Origin: an uncultured Candidatus Binatia bacterium
GTDB lineage: Bacteria; Desulfobacterota; Binatia; Bin18
Direction: 5' to 3'
Length of the DNA stretch: 64,000 nt
Assembly: GCA_965200965.1 (NCBI GenBank)
Contig: OZ241744.1
Location: 1,120,001-1,184,000, forward strand
Of the stretch, positions 28,780 through 39,005 are shown piece by piece; positions within the stretch are counted from its first letter, which is position 1; every line of letters starts with the position of its first letter. The position numbers were made by a program, and so were the translations under genes. The notes beneath the pieces were generated by a model that ran no database searches, had not been told where the DNA came from, and was given only the letters and a program-made list of their open reading frames with translations.

Positions 28780-31640
28780 TGAGAGACTCCCGGCAGGGGC
28801 CGCCCAGCCCCGCCTCGCTCCGGCAACGCCACGTCCACCGCCCAGCCCCGGCCCGCCCCAGCAACCTGCCCGGTGCGCAGCCGTGCCAGAGGATAGGAGG
28901 GCAGTTGTACCGTCGCCAGACACTTGTCAGCAAACCGCGCCGCCTGCTGTACATGCGAAATGTCATGCCGCCACCAGTCAAAACCGAAATCCAGGACCGC
29001 AAACCCCAAGGACCGCCGCGCAGCGGCCAGCACCGCCCGGTCCCGGGGAAAGACATGCAGGAAGAAGCGCCCCCGCGTGTCCGCCCGCTGACACCCCGCT
29101 TTGACATACGTCAGGGTCCGCCCGTCCAGGTAGAGGGCAAAGGCGGAGCGGGCCACCGGCGGGGCCGCCACCACCGCCCGGTACCGCGCCTCAAGCAGGT
29201 CGATGGCACGCACGCCAGCAGCCGACCACGCCAGGGCAACGTGCCAGCGATCCACGCCCCCGGGGGTGATCAGGCGGGCTTCAAGCGTTTGGATCGCATA
29301 GGGGGGCAGCGGATGCCGGATCAGACACGCCCCGTCAAGGTGGACCCCGTAATCGGAGAAGTCGAAATGCCGGATCTCACGGCCTGGCCCCGGCCGCCAC
29401 CGGGGGCGGCCGGCAGCAGCAGCAGGGTCCACGGGCACCACATAGACCACGAAGCGCCCCTGCACATCGGCCGGCAGGCAGGGGGCCTTCACCCAACTCA
29501 AGGTGGCCCCGTCCAAGTACAGGTCGAACTCTGAGCGGAGGAGGGGCGGCCCGGCGGTGGTGGCCCGGTACAGTTGCCGGTAGCGCTCGGCGGTGGCCCC
29601 GTCCACCGGGTCAAGCACGCGCTCGGTCGCAGTCACCCCAGCAGGGGTCCACTCAATGTCGACGTGCAGGCGCTCTATGTCCCCGGGGGCGACCATGCGG
29701 ACTTCAAGGGCGTGGATCGCATAGGGGGGCAACGGGTGCCGGAGCAGACACGCCCCGTCAACGCGGACCCCGTAATCGGAAAAGCCGAAATGCAGGACCT
29801 CACGGCCTGCCCCCGGCCGCCACCTGAGATGGCCGGCAGCGGCAGCGGGATCCACAGGTATGACATCGACCGCGAAGCGCCCCCGCACATCGGCCGGCCG
29901 GCAGGGGGCCTTCACCCAGGTCAGGGTGGCCCCCTCCAGGTACAGGTCAAACGCCGAGCGGAGCAGGGGCGGCCCCGCGGTGGTGGCCCGGTACAGTTGC
30001 CGGTAGCGCTCGACGGTGGCCGCATCCACCACGGTCGGGTCAATCGCGCTCACCGTGAAGATGGTGTTGTTGTAGACTTGGCGGGTGTAGACAACGGGTG
30101 CGAAGGGGCGATCACGCCTCTTGTCCCACGGGTTGGATATGTGATCGGTCACATGAAAGTCCACCTCCTCCTCTATTTCGTCAGCGAAGACAATGCGACG
30201 CCGGTCCGCCTTGGGCAGGATAGCCCGGCTCATGGAACGATTCACTAGAACGGGTGAGGCGGGATAGTGCTGGAGCAGATATTCCAGCCCCTCCCGGTAC
30301 GCCGTCTCCCAGCGTCCCTCGTCATACTGCCCACGCAGGTACTCGGGCGTGTGCCGGTCCACCAGCCGGTTGAAATAGAGGTGCTGGTAGGGATGAAGCC
30401 CGACCATTTCGATGACCACGCCAGCCAGGCCAGCCACGGCCAGGCCATAGACACCGGCCCGCAGGGCGGGCCAGCGGCACACGCCAGCCAGCCGCCGCAG
30501 ACCAGCCACGGCCAGCAGACACAGCGGGGCGTAGAGGAAATACATCTGCCGCCAGCCATTGTAGACATTGGCATTGAGGACGATGACGGCCCCAACGGGC
30601 AGGAGCACGCAGGCCACGAGCAGCCCCTCAAAGCGGGTGGTGGGGTTGCGGAGCCACTCGCCGGGGTGGGTCAGAGTCTGCCAGAGCACGCCAGCCGCCC
30701 CGATGAGGCTCAGCAGCAACACGCCCGGCGGGGTGGTGATGGCCAGCCAGGTCGGAATGTAGTGCGCCGGAATGGCCGGCCAGCGGATGACCTCGCCTTG
30801 AAAGAGCATAGGAGGACGGTAAGGGTGCTGGGAGAGAACTGCAATCGCGTCAAGCAGTTCCAGCGGATTGCCCCACAGATAGGGCGAGACCGCATACAGC
30901 GTCAAGGCACTGGCCAGCCCGAACACCCCCAGCGTCCTCCCCACCTGCCGCCGCTCCGCCCGATTTCCCGCCCGCACCCAATCCACTACCCGCATCACCA
31001 TCACCGCCACAAACAATCCCCCACCCATGATGCGTAAGTTCGTTGCGACCCCCACCCCCACCCCACACAGCGCATACGCCCCCACCCCCCCCCGCTGCCA
31101 CGCCCGGTGAATCAGGGCCAGACAGCCCAGGAAGGCCACCAGGAAGGGAATGTCCTTGGTGTTGAAAAACGAGTGGGCATACAGCCGGGGATGGAGGACG
31201 AAGAGGCCGAGGGCCAGCAGGGCCAGCCAGCGGCTGCCGAACAGCCGGGAGGCCAGCCAGGCCGCCCCCCCGCCGCCGGCCAGAAAGCACAGGTGGGTGA
31301 GGAGATGGCGGCTCAAGTAGATGGCGCGGCTGTCGGTGAGACCCAGCAGCCGCTCAACCAGCACCAGCGGCACTTCGAAGACAACGCCGTAGTAGCGGTT
31401 GTGGGAGGGACCGGGGGGGCGCAGGGTCTCGGTGTCGCCCAGCGCATAGGCGATTGCCGCCTGGGCAATTCGGCGCAGGGCTTGCTCGTCCACCCCCACC
31501 CCGTAATCGTCAAGAACGGCCAGGCCCACCACGGCCAGCACCGCCAGGGCCAGCAGGACACTGTGGCGGGCCACGAAAGCCACCGCCGCCGTGCCCCAGC
31601 CGGCCACGGACCGGGGAACGGAGGGACGCCCGCTGCTCAT
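28776..31640 (-). CDS. Array copy C6: GT-C glycosyltransferase, 2 internal modules + terminal module (954 aa)
   Basis: Intact ORF from the coupled ATG at 31640; ERYRQLYRATTAGPPLLRS occurs twice. Confidence 0.92.
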   Translation of the reverse strand: MSSGRPSVPRSVAGWGTAAVAFVARHSVLLALAVLAVVGLAVLDDYGVGVDEQALRRIAQAAIAYALGDTETLRPPGPSHNRYYGVVFEVPLVLVERLLGLTDSRAIYLSRHLLTHLCFLAGGGGAAWLASRLFGSRWLALLALGLFVLHPRLYAHSFFNTKDIPFLVAFLGCLALIHRAWQRGGVGAYALCGVGVGVATNLRIMGGGLFVAVMVMRVVDWVRAGNRAERRQVGRTLGVFGLASALTLYAVSPYLWGNPLELLDAIAVLSQHPYRPPMLFQGEVIRWPAIPAHYIPTWLAITTPPGVLLLSLIGAAGVLWQTLTHPGEWLRNPTTRFEGLLVACVLLPVGAVIVLNANVYNGWRQMYFLYAPLCLLAVAGLRRLAGVCRWPALRAGVYGLAVAGLAGVVIEMVGLHPYQHLYFNRLVDRHTPEYLRGQYDEGRWETAYREGLEYLLQHYPASPVLVNRSMSRAILPKADRRRIVFADEIEEEVDFHVTDHISNPWDKRRDRPFAPVVYTRQVYNNTIFTVSAIDPTVVDAATVERYRQLYRATTAGPPLLRSAFDLYLEGATLTWVKAPCRPADVRGRFAVDVIPVDPAAAAGHLRWRPGAGREVLHFGFSDYGVRVDGACLLRHPLPPYAIHALEVRMVAPGDIERLHVDIEWTPAGVTATERVLDPVDGATAERYRQLYRATTAGPPLLRSEFDLYLDGATLSWVKAPCLPADVQGRFVVYVVPVDPAAAAGRPRWRPGPGREIRHFDFSDYGVHLDGACLIRHPLPPYAIQTLEARLITPGGVDRWHVALAWSAAGVRAIDLLEARYRAVVAAPPVARSAFALYLDGRTLTYVKAGCQRADTRGRFFLHVFPRDRAVLAAARRSLGFAVLDFGFDWWRHDISHVQQAARFADKCLATVQLPSYPLARLRTGQVAGAGRGWAVDVALPERGGAGRPLPGVSQ

Positions 31641-34084
31641 TGAGAGACTCCCGGCAGGGGCCGCCCAGCCCCGCCTCGCTCCGGCAACGCCACGTCCACC
31701 GCCCAGCCCCCGCCCGCCCCAGCGACCTGCCCGGTGCGCAGCCGTGCCAGAGGATAGGCGGGCAGTTGTACCGTCGCCAGACACTTGTCAGCAAACCGCG
31801 CCGCCTGCTGTACATGCGGCATGGCGTGCCGCCACCAGTCGTCAAAACTGAAATCCAGGACCGCAAACCCCAAGGACCGCCGCGCAGCGGCCAGCACCGC
31901 CCGGTCCCGGGGGAAGACATGCAGGAAGAAGCGCCCCCGCGTGTCCGCCCGCTGACACCCCGCTTTGACATACGTCAGGGTCCGCCCCTCCAGGTACAGG
32001 GCAAAGGCAGAGCGGGCCACCGGCGGGACCGCCACCACCGCCCGGTATCGCGCCTCAAGCAGGTCGGTGGCACGCACGCCAGCAGCCGACCACGCCAGGG
32101 CAACGTGCCAGCGATCCACGCCATCGGGGGTGATCAGGCGGGCTTCAAGCGTTTGGATCGCATAGGGGGGCAGCGGATGCCGGATCAGACACGCCCCGTC
32201 AAGGTGGACCCCGTAATCGGAAAAGCGGAAGGGCAGGATCTCACGGCCTGGCCCCGGCCGCCACCGGGGGCGGCCGGCAGCAGCAGCAGGGTCCACGGGC
32301 ACCACATAGACCGTGAAGCGCCCCCACACATCGGCCAAGCGACAGGGGGCCTTCACCCAACTCAAGGTGGCCCCGTCCCGGTACAGGTCAAACGCCGAAC
32401 GGAGCAGGGGCCGCCCGGCGGTGGTGGCCCGGTAGAGTTGCCGGTAGCGCTCGACGGTGGCCGGGTCGCTCGCGCGCACTACGAGGATGGTGTTGTTATA
32501 GACTTGGCGGGTGTAGACAATGGGTGCGAAGGGGCGATCATAGTGTGCTCCCCACCCTCTGAACCCACTACTGTCCAGAGAAAAGTCCCCCTCCTCCACT
32601 CCGTCGGCAAGGATGATACGACGCCGGTCCGCCTTGGGCAGGATAGCCCGGTTCATGATGTACGGAGGGATGCGGCCCCGCACTAGAGAGATGGGTGAGG
32701 CGGGCTGGCGCTGGAGCAGATATTCCAGCCCCTCCCGGTACGCCGTCTCCCAGGAGTCCATCTGGTACTGCCCACGCAGGTACTCGGGCGTATTCCGGTC
32801 CACCAGCCGGTTGAAATAGAGGTGCTGGTAGGGATGAAGCCCCACCATTTCGATGACCACACCGGCCAGGCCAGCCACGGCCAGGCCATGGACACCGGCC
32901 CGCAGGGCGGGCCAGCGGCACATGCCAGCCAGCCGCCGCAGACCAGCCACAGCCAGCAGACACAGCGGGGCGTAGAGGAAATACATCTGCTGCCAACCGT
33001 TGTAGACGCTGGCATTGAGGACGATGACAGCCCCAACGGGCAGGAGCACACAGGCCACGAGCAGCCCCTCAAAACGGGTGGTGGGGTTGCGGAGCAACTC
33101 GCCGGGGTGGGTCAGAGTCTGCCAGAGCACGCCAGCCGCCCCGATGAGGCTCAGCAGCAGCACGCCCGGCGGGGTGGTGATGGCCAGCCAGGTCGGAATG
33201 TAGTGCGCCGGAAGGTCCGGCCAGCGGATGACCTCGCCTTGAAAGAGCATAGGAGGACGGGTAGGGTGCTGGGAGAGGACTGCAATCGCGTCAAGCAGTT
33301 CCAGCGGATTGCCCCACAGATAGGGCGAGACCGCATACAGCGTCAAGACACCGGCCAGCCCGAACACCCCCAGCGTCCTCCCCACCTGCCGCCGTTCCGC
33401 CCGACTCCCCGCCCACACCCAATCCACCACCCGCATCACCACCACCGCCACAAACAATCCCCCACCCATGATGCGTAAGTTCGTTGCGACCCCCACCCCC
33501 ACCCCACACAGCGCATACGCTCCCACCCCCCCCCGCTGCCACGCCCGGTGAATCAGGGCCAGACAGCCCAGGAAGGCGACCAGGAAGGGGATGTCCTTGG
33601 TGTTGAAAAACGAGTGGGCATACAGCCGGGGATGGAGGACGAAGAGGCCGAGGGCCAGCAGGGCCAGCCAGCGGCTGCCGAACAGCCGGGAGGCCAGCCA
33701 GGCCGCGCCCCCGCCGCCGGCCAGAAAGCAGAGGTGGGTGAGCAGATGGCGGCTCAAGTAGATGGCGCGGCTGTCGGTGAGGCCGAGCAGCCGCTCAACC
33801 AGCACCAGCGGCACTTCGAAGACAACGCCGTAGTAGCGGTTGTGGGGGGAATCAGGATATGTGTGCAGGGTCTCGGTGTCGCCCAGCGCATAGGCGATTG
33901 CCGCCTGGCCGATCCCACGTTGCTGATCCCCGTCCAACCCCACCGCGTAATCGTCAAGGACGGCCAGGCCCACAACGGCCAGGACGGCCAGGGCCAGCAG
34001 GACACTGTAGGCGGCCACGAAAGCCACCGCTGCCGTGCCCCAGCCGGCCACGCCCCGGAGGACGGAGGGACGCCCGCTGGTCAT
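31637..34084 (-). CDS. Array copy C5: GT-C glycosyltransferase (815 aa)
   Basis: Intact ORF as in the ORF track. Confidence 0.92.
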   Translation of the reverse strand: MTSGRPSVLRGVAGWGTAAVAFVAAYSVLLALAVLAVVGLAVLDDYAVGLDGDQQRGIGQAAIAYALGDTETLHTYPDSPHNRYYGVVFEVPLVLVERLLGLTDSRAIYLSRHLLTHLCFLAGGGGAAWLASRLFGSRWLALLALGLFVLHPRLYAHSFFNTKDIPFLVAFLGCLALIHRAWQRGGVGAYALCGVGVGVATNLRIMGGGLFVAVVVMRVVDWVWAGSRAERRQVGRTLGVFGLAGVLTLYAVSPYLWGNPLELLDAIAVLSQHPTRPPMLFQGEVIRWPDLPAHYIPTWLAITTPPGVLLLSLIGAAGVLWQTLTHPGELLRNPTTRFEGLLVACVLLPVGAVIVLNASVYNGWQQMYFLYAPLCLLAVAGLRRLAGMCRWPALRAGVHGLAVAGLAGVVIEMVGLHPYQHLYFNRLVDRNTPEYLRGQYQMDSWETAYREGLEYLLQRQPASPISLVRGRIPPYIMNRAILPKADRRRIILADGVEEGDFSLDSSGFRGWGAHYDRPFAPIVYTRQVYNNTILVVRASDPATVERYRQLYRATTAGRPLLRSAFDLYRDGATLSWVKAPCRLADVWGRFTVYVVPVDPAAAAGRPRWRPGPGREILPFRFSDYGVHLDGACLIRHPLPPYAIQTLEARLITPDGVDRWHVALAWSAAGVRATDLLEARYRAVVAVPPVARSAFALYLEGRTLTYVKAGCQRADTRGRFFLHVFPRDRAVLAAARRSLGFAVLDFSFDDWWRHAMPHVQQAARFADKCLATVQLPAYPLARLRTGQVAGAGGGWAVDVALPERGGAGRPLPGVSQ

Positions 34085-36558
34085 TGAGGGACTCCCGGCA
34101 GGGGCCGCCCCGCCTCGCCTCGCTCCGGCAACGCCACATCCACCGCCCAGCCCCGGCCCGCCTCAGCGACCTGCCCGGTGCGGAGCCGTGCCAGAGGATA
34201 GGAGGGCAGTTGTACCGTCACCAGACACTTGTCAGCAAACCGCGCCGCCTGCTGTACATGCGAAATGTCATGCCGCCACCAGTCAAAACCGAAATCCAGG
34301 ACCGCAAACCCCAAGGACCGCTGCGCAGCGGCCAGCACCGCCCGGTCCCGGGGGAAGACCTCCAGGAAGAAGCGCCCCCGCGTGTCCGCCCACTGACACC
34401 CCTCTTTGACATACGTCAGGGTCCGCCCCTCCAGGTACAGAGCAAAGGCGGAACGGGCTACCGGCGGGGCCGCCACCACCGCCCGGTATCGCACCTCAAG
34501 CAGGTCGGTGGCGCGCACGCCAGCAACCGACCACGCCAGGGCGACGCGCCAGCGATCCACGCCCCCGGGGGCGATCAGGCGGGCTTCAAGGGTTTGGATC
34601 GCATAGGGGGGCAGCGGGGGCCGGAGCAGACACGCTCCGTCAAGGCGGACCCCGTAATCGGAAAAGTCGAAATGCAGGATCTCACGGCCTGCCCCCGGCC
34701 GCCACCCGGGGCGGCCGGCAGCGGCAGCGGGGTCCAAGGGCACGACATAGACCACGAAGCGCCCCCGCATATCGGCCGGGCGACAGGGGGCCTTCACCCA
34801 GGTCAGGGTGCTCCCCTCCAGGTACAGGTCAAACGCCGAGCGCAGCAGGGGCGGCCCGGCGGTGGCGGCCCGGTAGAGTTGCCGGTAGCGCTCGACGGTG
34901 GCCCCGTCCACCACGGCCGGGTCGATCGCGCGTACTGTAAAGATGGTGTTGTTGTAGACTTGGCGGGTGTAGACAATGGGTGCGGAGGGGAGCTCAAGCC
35001 CGTTGCCCCACACGTCAAACACACGACTGGTCACATAAAAGTCCCCCTCCTCCTCTATTCCGTCGGCAAAGACGAGGCGACGCCGGGCTGCCTTGGGCAG
35101 GATAGCCCGGTTCATGATGTACTTGAAGCTGTGACTGCCGCTGGAATGGCTCGACAGCAGAGAGATGGGTGAGGCGGGATAGTGCTGGAGCAGATATTCC
35201 AGCCCCTCCCGGTACGCCGTCTCCGAATGGTCCATTTCGTACTGCCCACGCAGGTACTCGGGCGTGTGCCGGTCCACCAACCGGTTGAAATAGATCTGCT
35301 GATGAGGATGAAGCCCAACCATTTCGATGACCATGCCAGCCACGCCAGCCACGGCCAAGCCATAGACACCGGCCCGCAGGGCGGGCCAGCGGCACACGCC
35401 AGCCAGCCGCCGCAGACCGGCCACGGCCAGCAGACACAGCGGGGCGTAGAGGAAATACATCTGCCGCCAGCCATTGTAGACGCTGGCATTGAGGACGATG
35501 ACGGCCCCAACGGGCAGGAGCACACAGGCCACGAGCAGCCCCTCAAAGCGGGTGGTGGGGTTGCGGAGCAACTCGCCGGGGTGGGTCAGAGTCCGCCAGA
35601 GCACGCCAGCCGCCCCGATGAGGCTCAGCAGCAGCACGCCCGGCGGGGTGGTGATGGCCAGCCAGGTCGGAATGTAGTGCGCCGGAATGGCCGGCCAGCG
35701 GATGACCTCGCCTTGAAAGAGCATAGAAGGACGGGTAGGGTGCTGGCCGAGGACTGCAATCGCGTCAAGCAGTTCCAGCGGATTGCCCCACAGATAGGGC
35801 GAGACCGCATACAGCGTCAAGACACCGGCCAGCCCGAACACCCCCAGCGTCCTCCCCACCTGCCGCCGCTCCGCCCGACTCCCCGCCCGCACCCAATCCA
35901 CCACCCGCATCACCACCACCGCCACAAACAATCCCCCACCCATGATGCGTAAGTTCGTTGCGACCCCCACCCCCACCCCACACAGCGCATACGCCCCCAC
36001 CCCCCCCCGCTGCCACGCCCGGTGAATCAGGGCCAGACAGCCCAGGAAGGCCACCAGGAAGGGGATGTCCTTGGTGTTGAAAAACGAGTGGGCATACAGC
36101 CGGGGATGGAGCACGAAGAGGCCGAGGGCCAGCAGGGCCAGCCAGCGGCTGCCGAACAGCCGGGCGGCCAGCCAGGCCGCCCCCCCGCCGCCGGCCAGAA
36201 AGCACAGGTGGGTGAGCAGATGGCGGCTCAAGTAGATGGCGCGGCTGTCGGTGAGACCCAGCAGCCGCTCAACCAGCACCAGCGGTACTTCGAAGACAAC
36301 GCCGTAGTAGCGGTTGAAGGGAAGACCGGGGGGGACGCGCAGGGTCTCGGTCTCGCCCAGCGCATAGGCGATTGCCGCCTGGCCGATCCCACGTTGCTGA
36401 CCCTCGTCCCACGTCACCCCGTAATCGTCAAGGACGGCCAGGCCCACCACAACCAGGATCGCCAAGGCCAGCAGGACACTGTGAGCGGCCACGAAGGCCA
36501 CCGCCTCCATGCCCCAGCCGGCCACGGACCGGACGACAGAGGGACGCCCGCTGGTCAT
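34081..36558 (-). CDS. Array copy C4: GT-C glycosyltransferase (825 aa)
   Basis: Intact ORF from the coupled ATG at 36558. Confidence 0.92.
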   Translation of the reverse strand: MTSGRPSVVRSVAGWGMEAVAFVAAHSVLLALAILVVVGLAVLDDYGVTWDEGQQRGIGQAAIAYALGETETLRVPPGLPFNRYYGVVFEVPLVLVERLLGLTDSRAIYLSRHLLTHLCFLAGGGGAAWLAARLFGSRWLALLALGLFVLHPRLYAHSFFNTKDIPFLVAFLGCLALIHRAWQRGGVGAYALCGVGVGVATNLRIMGGGLFVAVVVMRVVDWVRAGSRAERRQVGRTLGVFGLAGVLTLYAVSPYLWGNPLELLDAIAVLGQHPTRPSMLFQGEVIRWPAIPAHYIPTWLAITTPPGVLLLSLIGAAGVLWRTLTHPGELLRNPTTRFEGLLVACVLLPVGAVIVLNASVYNGWRQMYFLYAPLCLLAVAGLRRLAGVCRWPALRAGVYGLAVAGVAGMVIEMVGLHPHQQIYFNRLVDRHTPEYLRGQYEMDHSETAYREGLEYLLQHYPASPISLLSSHSSGSHSFKYIMNRAILPKAARRRLVFADGIEEEGDFYVTSRVFDVWGNGLELPSAPIVYTRQVYNNTIFTVRAIDPAVVDGATVERYRQLYRAATAGPPLLRSAFDLYLEGSTLTWVKAPCRPADMRGRFVVYVVPLDPAAAAGRPGWRPGAGREILHFDFSDYGVRLDGACLLRPPLPPYAIQTLEARLIAPGGVDRWRVALAWSVAGVRATDLLEVRYRAVVAAPPVARSAFALYLEGRTLTYVKEGCQWADTRGRFFLEVFPRDRAVLAAAQRSLGFAVLDFGFDWWRHDISHVQQAARFADKCLVTVQLPSYPLARLRTGQVAEAGRGWAVDVALPERGEAGRPLPGVPQ

Positions 36559-39005
36559 TGAGAGACTCCCGGCAGAGGTCGCCCAGCCCCGCCTCGCTCC
36601 GGCAACGCCACGTCCACCGCCCAGCCCCCGCCCGCCCCAGCGACCTGCCCGGTGCGGAGACGCGCCAGAGGATAGGCGGGCAGCCGCACCGTCGCCAGAC
36701 ACTTGTCAGCAAACCGCGCCGTCTGCTGTACATGCGAAATGTCATGCCGCCACCAGTCAAAACCGAAATCCAGGACCGCAAACCCCAAGGACCGCTGCGC
36801 AGCGGCCAGCACCGCCCGGTCCCGGGGAAAGACATGCAGGAAGAAGCGCCCCCGCGTGTCCGCCCGCTGACACCCCGCTTTGACATACGTCAGGGTCCGC
36901 CCGTCCAGGTAGAGGGCAAAGGCGGAGCGGGCCACCGGCGGGGCCGCCACCACCGCCCGGTACCGCGCCTCAAGCAGGTCGGTCGCACGCACGCCAGCAG
37001 CCGACCACGCCAGGGCAACGTGCCAGCGATCCACGCCCCCGGGGGTGATCAGGCGGGCTTCAAGCGTTTGGATCGCATAGGGGGGCAGCGGATGCCGGAT
37101 CAGACACGCCCCGTCAAGGTGGACCCCGTAATCGGAAAAGCGGAAGGGCAGGATCTCACGGCCTGGCCCCGGCCGCCACCGGGGGCGGCCGGCAGCAGCA
37201 GCAGGGTCCACGGGTACCACATAGACCACGAAGTGCCCCCGCACATCGGCCGGCCGACAGGGGGCCTTCACCCAGCTCAAGGTGGCCCCGTCCAAGTACA
37301 GGTCGAACTCTGAGCGGAGGAGGGGCGGCCCGGCTGTTGCAACCCGGTAGAACTGCCGGTAGCGCTCGACGGTGGCCGGGTCGCTCGCGCGCACTACGAG
37401 GATGGTGTTGTTGTAGACTTGGCGGGTGTAGATAATGGGTGCGAAGGGGCGATCATAGCGTGCTTCCCACCCTCTGAACCCACTATTGTGCAGAGAAAAG
37501 TCCCCCTCCTCCATTCCGTCGGCAATGACGAGGCGACGCCGGTCCGCCTTGGGCAGGATAGCCCGGTTCATGGTGTACGGATGGATGTCGTTGGGATGCT
37601 CCGGCACTAGAGAGACAGGTGAGGCGGGATAGCGCCGGAGCAGATATTCCAGCCCCTCCCGGTGCGCTGTCAGCCAGTAGTCCATGCCGTACTGCCCACG
37701 CAGGTACTCGGGCGTGTGCCGGTCCACCAGCCGGTTGAAATAGAGGTGCTGGTAGGGATGAAGCTCAACCATTTCGATGACCACACCAGCCAGGCCAGCC
37801 ACGGCCAAGCCATAGACACCGGCCCGCAGGGCTGGCCAGCGGCACACGCCAGCCAGCCGCCGCAGACCAGCCACAGCCAGCAGACACAGCGGGGCGTAGA
37901 GGAAATACATCTGCCGCCAGCCGTCGTAGACATTGGTATTCAGGACGATGACGGCCCCAACGGGCAGGAGCACGCAGGCCACGAGCAGGCCCTCAAAGCG
38001 GGTGGTGGGGTTGCGGAGCAACTCGCCGGGGTGGGTCAGAGTCTGCCAGAGCACGCCAGCCGCCCCGATGAGGCTCAGCAGCAGCACGCCCGGCGGGGTG
38101 GTGATGGCCAGCCAGGTCGGAATGTAGTGGGCCGGAATGGCCGGCCAGCGGATGAGTTCGCCTTGAAAGAGCATAGGAGAACGGAGAGGGTGCTGGGAGA
38201 GAACTGCAATCGCGTCAAGCAACTCCAAGGGATTGCCCCACAGATAGGGCGAGACCGCATACAGCGTCAAGACACCGGCCAGCCCGAACACCCCCAGCGT
38301 CCTCCCCACCTGCCGCCGCTCCGCCCGATTTCCCGCCCGCACCCAATCCACCACCCGCATCACCACCACCAGCACAAACAATCCCCCGCCCATGATGCGT
38401 AAGTTCGTTGCGACCCCCACCCCCACCCCACACAGCGCATACGCTCCCACCCCCCCCCGCTGCCACGCCCGGTGAATCAGGGCCAGACAGCCCAGGAAGG
38501 CGACCAGGAAGGGGATGTCCTTGGTGTTGAAAAACGAGTGGGCATACAGCCGGGGATGGAGGACGAAGAGGCCGAGGGCCAGCAGGGCCAGCCAGCGGCT
38601 GCCGAACAGCCGGGCGGCCAGCCAGGCCGCGCCCCCACCGCCCGCCAGAAAGCACAGGTGGGTGAGCAGATGGCGGCTCAAGTAGATGGCGCGGCTGTCG
38701 GTGAGACCCAGCAGCCGCTCAACCAGCACCAGCGGTACTTCGAAGACGACACCGTAGTAGCGGTTGTGGGGGGGACCGGGGGGGCGCAGGGTCTCGGTGT
38801 CGCCCAGCGCATAGGCGATTGCCGTCTGGCCTCTCCCACGTCGCAACTCCCCGTCCACCCCCACCCCGTAATCGTCAAGGACGGCCAGACCCACCACGGC
38901 CAGCACCGCCAGGGCCAGCAGGACACTGTGGCGGGCCACGAAGGCCACCGCCGCTGTGCCCCAGCCGGCCACGCCCCGGAGGACGGAGGGACGCCCGCTG
39001 CTCAT
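36555..39005 (-). CDS. Array copy C3: GT-C glycosyltransferase (816 aa)
   Basis: Intact ORF as in the ORF track. Confidence 0.92.
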   Translation of the reverse strand: MSSGRPSVLRGVAGWGTAAVAFVARHSVLLALAVLAVVGLAVLDDYGVGVDGELRRGRGQTAIAYALGDTETLRPPGPPHNRYYGVVFEVPLVLVERLLGLTDSRAIYLSRHLLTHLCFLAGGGGAAWLAARLFGSRWLALLALGLFVLHPRLYAHSFFNTKDIPFLVAFLGCLALIHRAWQRGGVGAYALCGVGVGVATNLRIMGGGLFVLVVVMRVVDWVRAGNRAERRQVGRTLGVFGLAGVLTLYAVSPYLWGNPLELLDAIAVLSQHPLRSPMLFQGELIRWPAIPAHYIPTWLAITTPPGVLLLSLIGAAGVLWQTLTHPGELLRNPTTRFEGLLVACVLLPVGAVIVLNTNVYDGWRQMYFLYAPLCLLAVAGLRRLAGVCRWPALRAGVYGLAVAGLAGVVIEMVELHPYQHLYFNRLVDRHTPEYLRGQYGMDYWLTAHREGLEYLLRRYPASPVSLVPEHPNDIHPYTMNRAILPKADRRRLVIADGMEEGDFSLHNSGFRGWEARYDRPFAPIIYTRQVYNNTILVVRASDPATVERYRQFYRVATAGPPLLRSEFDLYLDGATLSWVKAPCRPADVRGHFVVYVVPVDPAAAAGRPRWRPGPGREILPFRFSDYGVHLDGACLIRHPLPPYAIQTLEARLITPGGVDRWHVALAWSAAGVRATDLLEARYRAVVAAPPVARSAFALYLDGRTLTYVKAGCQRADTRGRFFLHVFPRDRAVLAAAQRSLGFAVLDFGFDWWRHDISHVQQTARFADKCLATVRLPAYPLARLRTGQVAGAGGGWAVDVALPERGGAGRPLPGVSQ

